Program-made: the position numbers and the translations under genes
Assembly: GCA_033551855.1 (NCBI GenBank)
Contig: JAWSUI010000002.1
Location: 134,594-198,593 of the forward strand
DNA length: 64,000 nt
Source: Deferrisomatales bacterium
Lineage (GTDB): Bacteria > Desulfobacterota > Deferrisomatia > Deferrisomatales > JACRMM01
Direction of reading: 5' to 3'
Shown: one piece after another, positions 59,415-64,000 of the stretch
Layout of the letters: every line of letters begins with the position of its first letter
How positions within the stretch are numbered: position 1 is the first letter of the stretch
The notes under the pieces: generated by a model
What the model was told of the DNA's origin: nothing
Seen by the model: the letters and a program-made list of their open reading frames with translations, nothing else
Database searches by the model: none

Positions 59415-62084
59415 CTACACGAGCTCGTGCTCGATCCGGTAGACCCCTTCCCCCAGGTCCTGCACCGCCGTGAAGCCGAGCTTCCGGGCAAGACCGAGCA
59501 TGCCCTCGTTCTCCGGAAGGACCATGCCGGTGATTCGCTTCAGGCCTCGTTCCCGGGCGATGTCCATGCCCACGCTGACGAGTTTTCGCCCCAGGCCCTG
59601 GCGCTGGTAGTAGTCGCCCACGACCACGGCGAGCTCGGCCTCTCCCCAGGCGGAGGAGACGTGGAGGTGGCACATGGCGAGGAGGCGTTCCTTGCCCGGG
59701 GGCTCCTCCATGGCCACCAGGGCGATCTCCCGATCGTAGTCCACCTGACAGAAGCGGGCGAGCTGCTCGTGGCCCAAGGACTTGATGAGGTGGAAGAAGC
59801 GGAAGTAGATCGTCTCGGCCGAGAGCCCGTCGAAGAGCTTCTGGACCATCGGCTCGTCCTCGGGGCGGATGGGCCGCACGAGCACGGGGGTGCCCGACGC
59901 CATCACCCAGTGGCGCTCGTACTGGGTGGGGTAGGGGCGGATGACGAGGTGGTCGGGGCTCTGGACATCGGTCGGCTCGAGCAGCACCCGGCCGTCGACC
60001 GCAAGGACATCCTGGCCGGAGAGGACCAGGGGGTTCACGTCGAGCTCCGCGATCTCCGGGAAGTCCGAGACCAGGTACGCGAGCCGGACGATCACCTCTT
60101 CGAGGAGCCCGAGGTTGGCGGGCGGCCGGTTCCGGTAGCCCTTGAGGAGGTGGAAGACCCGGGTGGACTCGATGAGCCGGCGCGCCAGGAGAAGGTTCAT
60201 GGGGGGAAGGCCGATGGCCTTGTCCCGCAGGATCTCGGTCAGGATACCCCCCATGCCGAAGAGGATGGTGGGACCGAAGTCCCGGTCCTGCTTGCTTCCC
60301 ACGATCACCTCGTAGTCCACCCGCTCCACCATGGGCTGGAGGGTGACCCCGAGGATCCGGGCGTCGGCCTTGTACTCCCGTGCGTTGTCGAGCACCTTGC
60401 GGTAGGCGGTGCGCACGTCCTCCGCGCCCTGGAGGTTGAGCTGGATGCCCTGGGCATCGGACTTGTGGGTGATGTCCCGGGAGTGGATCTTCAGGACCAC
60501 CGGGTAGCCGATCTCCCCGGCCCGTTCCACGGCCTGCTCCTCCGAGGTGGCAACCTCCGTGCGGTTCACCGGGATCCCGTAGGCGGCCAGGAGGGCCTTC
60601 GCCTCGGGCTCGGTGAGCAGGGGCTGGCGGCGGTCCAGAGAGGCCTCGACGATGGCCTGGGCCCGCTTGCGGTCGAACAGGAGGTTGGGGGGGAGGTTGG
60701 GCGGGGTCTCCTGGAGCAGCTCCAGGTTCTTGGAGTACCGGTACATGTACATCAACGTGTTGACGGCCCGCTCGGGGGTCTCGAACACCGGCACGCCGGC
60801 TTCGTTGAGGACGCGGATTCCTTCGGCGACTTCGAGTCCCCCCATCCACACCGCGCAGGCCGGGGTTGTGGACCCCTGGACCACCGGGACGAGCTCCCGG
60901 GCCACGGCGGCCGGGTCGGTCATCGCCTGGGGGGCCAGCACGACGACCAGACCGTCCACCTCGGGGGCCCCCAGCAGAATATGAGCGGCATCCCGGTAGC
61001 GTTCTGCCGGGGCGTCGCCCAGGATGTCCACCGGGTTCCCCCGGCTCCAGGCAGGGGGGAGGACCCCGTCGAGGGCGGAGACGGTCTGCGGGTCGAGCTC
61101 CGCCGGAGTCCGGTGCCACTCGTGGAGGGCATCGGCGGTCATCACCCCGGGCCCCCCCGCGTTGGTGAGGATCGCGAGCCGCGGCCCCCGGCCTCGGCCT
61201 TGTTTCGCCAGGGCCTCGGCGCAGTCGAAGAGCTCCCCCAGGGTCTTCACCCGGATCACGCCCGCCCGGGCGAACGCCGCGTCGTAGACCTCGTCGTCCC
61301 CCACGAGGGAGCCCGTGTGGCTCGCCGCCGCCCTAGCCCCGGCAGCGCTCCGGCCTGCTTTTACCACGATGATGGGCTTGACGCGGCTCACCGCCCGGGC
61401 GGCGCTCATGAACTTGCGAATGTTCGTGAGGGCTTCCACGTAGAGCAGGATCGAGTCCACGTCGGGCTGGTTCCCCAGGTAGTCGATCAGGTCGCCGAAG
61501 TCCACGTCGGCCATCGCGCCGATGGAGACGAAGTGGCTGAATCCGATCTTTTTGGCCATGGCCCGGTCCAGGACCACGGTGCAGACGGCGCCACTCTGGC
61601 TCAAGAGGGCGACACGGCCCGGGTAGCACATGTGGGCTGCGAAGGAGGCGTTGAGCCGCACCCCGGGCACGATGATCCCCAGACAGTTGGGGCCCAGGAG
61701 CCGGATTCCGGTGCGGCGGGCGGTCTCCACGATCGCATCCTCGATGCGGGCCCCTTCTTCCCCGATCTCCCGGCCGCCGGCAGAGACCACGATGGCGGCT
61801 CCGACGTCGGCGGCTCCGGCCTCCGTGAGGACGTCGGGGACACCTCCGATGGGAACGGCGACGACGGCGAGGTCCACTCCCCCCGGGATCGCGGACAGGG
61901 ACGGGCTGCAGGGAAGGCCGAGGATCTCCGGGTAGCGTGGGTTTACCGGGTGGATCGGGCCGGAGAACCCGCCTTCGGCCAGGTTGTGGAGGATCGCGTG
62001 CCCGACGGTGCCCTCCCGTGGGGTGGCGCCCACCACGGCGACGGACCTGGGGGCGAAGAGGCGTTCCAGATTGCGGGTGCTCAT
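59415..62084 (-). CDS. pat: Acyl-CoA synthetase (NDP-forming)-like/GNAT protein lysine acetyltransferase (Pat/PatZ)
   Basis: FAPRSVAVVGA, GPNCLG, SQSGA, ATP-grasp HKSD, C-terminal GNAT (RPIRPEDE, QRQGLG, ENEGM); ATG at 62084. Confidence 0.92.
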   Translation of the reverse strand: MSTRNLERLFAPRSVAVVGATPREGTVGHAILHNLAEGGFSGPIHPVNPRYPEILGLPCSPSLSAIPGGVDLAVVAVPIGGVPDVLTEAGAADVGAAIVVSAGGREIGEEGARIEDAIVETARRTGIRLLGPNCLGIIVPGVRLNASFAAHMCYPGRVALLSQSGAVCTVVLDRAMAKKIGFSHFVSIGAMADVDFGDLIDYLGNQPDVDSILLYVEALTNIRKFMSAARAVSRVKPIIVVKAGRSAAGARAAASHTGSLVGDDEVYDAAFARAGVIRVKTLGELFDCAEALAKQGRGRGPRLAILTNAGGPGVMTADALHEWHRTPAELDPQTVSALDGVLPPAWSRGNPVDILGDAPAERYRDAAHILLGAPEVDGLVVVLAPQAMTDPAAVARELVPVVQGSTTPACAVWMGGLEVAEGIRVLNEAGVPVFETPERAVNTLMYMYRYSKNLELLQETPPNLPPNLLFDRKRAQAIVEASLDRRQPLLTEPEAKALLAAYGIPVNRTEVATSEEQAVERAGEIGYPVVLKIHSRDITHKSDAQGIQLNLQGAEDVRTAYRKVLDNAREYKADARILGVTLQPMVERVDYEVIVGSKQDRDFGPTILFGMGGILTEILRDKAIGLPPMNLLLARRLIESTRVFHLLKGYRNRPPANLGLLEEVIVRLAYLVSDFPEIAELDVNPLVLSGQDVLAVDGRVLLEPTDVQSPDHLVIRPYPTQYERHWVMASGTPVLVRPIRPEDEPMVQKLFDGLSAETIYFRFFHLIKSLGHEQLARFCQVDYDREIALVAMEEPPGKERLLAMCHLHVSSAWGEAELAVVVGDYYQRQGLGRKLVSVGMDIARERGLKRITGMVLPENEGMLGLARKLGFTAVQDLGEGVYRIEHELV

Positions 62085-62304
62085 GTGCGGCCTCTCTTTC
62101 GGCGTTTGAGTTCCCCGCCAGAAGGGTACCCGGAGTCCGGGGGGAGACAAGCGCGCGGGTCCCGCGGCGGTCGTCCCGGACCGCGGTTTGCCAAGGAGGC
62201 AGGGAATCCAGGGGTCCCGTGGCCCTTTACGGGCAGCCGCTTCCGCAGTAGGTTGGGTGGCGGGGCGCAGACGGGTCGGGGGGTGAGGGAAGAGGGGATC
62301 GACG

Positions 62305-63777
62305 ATGAAGGTCTGGATGGTGGGGACGGAGATGGCGCCTTACGCGAAGGTGGGCGGTTTGGGGGACGTGCTCGGGGCGCTTCCCCAGGCCCTTGCCAGG
62401 ATCGGATGCGAGGTGACGGTGATCCTCCCCCACCTGGCCTCCATCGACGCGGCCCGCTGGGGGCTGTCCCCGACGGGGGTGTCCGTGCGGGCCCTCATCG
62501 ACGGGCAGTGGCAGACGGCGGAGGTCCTCGAGGCGAACGCGCCGGGGACGGGGCGCGTTCGCGTGCTCTTCCTCCATCACCCGGCGTACTTCCATCGGGA
62601 GGGGCTCTACGGCACGCCGGCCGGGGATTTCCCGGACAACGCCCAGCGCTTTGCTTTCCTGTGCTACGCCGCGCTGGAAGCGGGGGCCCGGTGCGCCCCC
62701 CAGCCGGACGTCGTCCACAGCCACGACTGGCAGGCGGGGCTCGTCCCCTTTTTCCTGAAGGCCCCGGAACACTACGGGTCGGATCCCCGTTTCGCCGGAG
62801 CGGTGCGGGTCCACACGATCCACAACCTCTCCTATCAGGGGCTGTTCCCCGCGGAGGTGCTGCCGCGCCTGGGGATCTCCTGGGCCTACTTCCACCACCT
62901 GGGGCTCGAGTTCTACGGGCTCGTGAACTTCCTCAAGGCGGGTCTGGTGTATGCCGACGTCCTGACGACGGTTTCCCCGACCTACGCCCGCGAGATCCAG
63001 ACCTTCGACTTCGCCTGGGGTCTTCACGGGGTGCTCGTGGAGCGGGCGGCGGACCTCCACGGGATCCTCAACGGGATCGACGACCGGTCCTGGGACCCGG
63101 GGAACGATGGGGCCCTCGTCCAGCAGTACTCCCGGGGCGACCTGGCCGCGCGAAAACACAACACACGGGCCCTTCGCGCGGAGCTCGGCCTGCCCCGCGA
63201 CGGCCGGCCCCTCGCGGGGGTGGTCAACCGGCTCGTGCAGCAGAAGGGGATCGACCTGCTCCTGGGGCTGGAGCCGCGCCTCGAGGGGTTGGGTCTCCAG
63301 TGGGCCATCCTGGGGTCCGGCGAGACCGGGTACGAGGCGGCCGTGGTCGATCTCGTGCGGCGGCACCCCGGGACGGTGGCCGCCCGGATCGGGTTCGACG
63401 ACGGGGTGGCCCGGCGCATCTACGCGGGGAGCGACCTGTTCTGCATGCCGAGCCTGTTCGAGCCCTGCGGCCTCGGACAGATGATCGCCCTGCGCTACGG
63501 GAGCATTCCGGTGGTGCGGCGGACCGGGGGCCTGGCGGACACCGTGCGCGATGTGGCGACCCCCGAGGGGGTGGGCTTCGTCTTCGAGGAGCCGAGCCCG
63601 GCAGCACTGGAGGGCGCCCTGGAGAGGGCGCGGGCCCTTCTCGCGAACCCCAGCCGCACCGCGGCGGTGCGGCGGCGGGGCATGGCGATGGACTATTCCT
63701 GGAACGCCTCGGCCGGGCGCTACCTGGAGGTGTACCGGCAGGCTGCAGGCCGTCGGCCGCATCGACCTCTGCAGTGA
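62305..63777 (+). CDS. glgA: Glycogen synthase
   Basis: KVGGLGDV, HSHDWQ, TIHNLSYQG, RLVQQKG, PSLFEPCGL. Confidence 0.96.
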   Translation: MKVWMVGTEMAPYAKVGGLGDVLGALPQALARIGCEVTVILPHLASIDAARWGLSPTGVSVRALIDGQWQTAEVLEANAPGTGRVRVLFLHHPAYFHREGLYGTPAGDFPDNAQRFAFLCYAALEAGARCAPQPDVVHSHDWQAGLVPFFLKAPEHYGSDPRFAGAVRVHTIHNLSYQGLFPAEVLPRLGISWAYFHHLGLEFYGLVNFLKAGLVYADVLTTVSPTYAREIQTFDFAWGLHGVLVERAADLHGILNGIDDRSWDPGNDGALVQQYSRGDLAARKHNTRALRAELGLPRDGRPLAGVVNRLVQQKGIDLLLGLEPRLEGLGLQWAILGSGETGYEAAVVDLVRRHPGTVAARIGFDDGVARRIYAGSDLFCMPSLFEPCGLGQMIALRYGSIPVVRRTGGLADTVRDVATPEGVGFVFEEPSPAALEGALERARALLANPSRTAAVRRRGMAMDYSWNASAGRYLEVYRQAAGRRPHRPLQ

Positions 63778-63950
63778 CGAGAGTCGCGGCGGCCGCCGTG
63801 GGTCTGGCCCTGGCGGGTATCCTTCTCTCCCTGGCGGGTCAGCGCTTCGGCTATCCGCTCCTGGAGCGGTGGGTAGGGCCGGGAGCGACCGTGGCGGGGG
63901 CCGTCCTGTGGTTGGGCTTCCGGCTGGGGCGAGGGAAGAAAACCCGCTGA
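63774..63950 (+). CDS. Small two-TM membrane protein (58 aa)
   Basis: GTGA overlap with the glgA stop; two hydrophobic segments and a basic tail. Confidence 0.5.
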   Translation: MTRVAAAAVGLALAGILLSLAGQRFGYPLLERWVGPGATVAGAVLWLGFRLGRGKKTR

Positions 63951-64000
63951 GAGGGCGCGCCTTGGGGCGGCAGGGGGGCGGAGGGCTCGGGGGAGGGCCC

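Noticed and set aside
58233..63950. Very long ORFs of 1905 aa (+) and 1287 aa (57256-61119, -)
   Set aside because: Shadow frames of real genes in high-GC DNA, with low-complexity G/P/R composition; only their extreme C-termini correspond to plausible genes

Overview
High-GC bacterial chromosome segment; gene content and order suggest an anaerobic deltaproteobacterium (Desulfobacterota/Deferrisoma-like), which is inference only. Housekeeping blocks: Fe3+ ABC transporter with a Fur-like box, guaB-guaA-gmk-rpoZ-rel-ridA, pdhABC, hpf-ptsN-hprK-rapZ plus mannose-type PTS-ptsH-ptsI, metK-ahcY-icd, Pat acetyltransferase and glgA. A more accessory stretch (~10-39 kb) lies between them. Most notable: (1) an operon pairing an SPFH membrane protein with a 1133-aa protein made of two classic-clade AAA+ modules fused to a Lon-type Ser-Lys protease domain; (2) a ~205-bp MITE-like family (5 full-length copies, 1 partial) with CC...GG terminal inverted repeats, whose ends sit 13-15 bp upstream of sigma70-like -35 boxes, suggesting promoter-targeted insertion; (3) a D-glutamate-cyclase-like pair (DUF4392 + DUF1445) in which DUF4392 is fused to a truncated, degenerate MurD; (4) a Cys-rich RPP-tailed leader ORF before a MacB-type ABC system, a diguanylate cyclase frameshifted in a G8 tract, and a low-GC inverted-repeat insert between pdhA and pdhB. 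No rRNA, tRNA or CRISPR array was recognised. All calls come from motif recognition by eye; no database searches were run.
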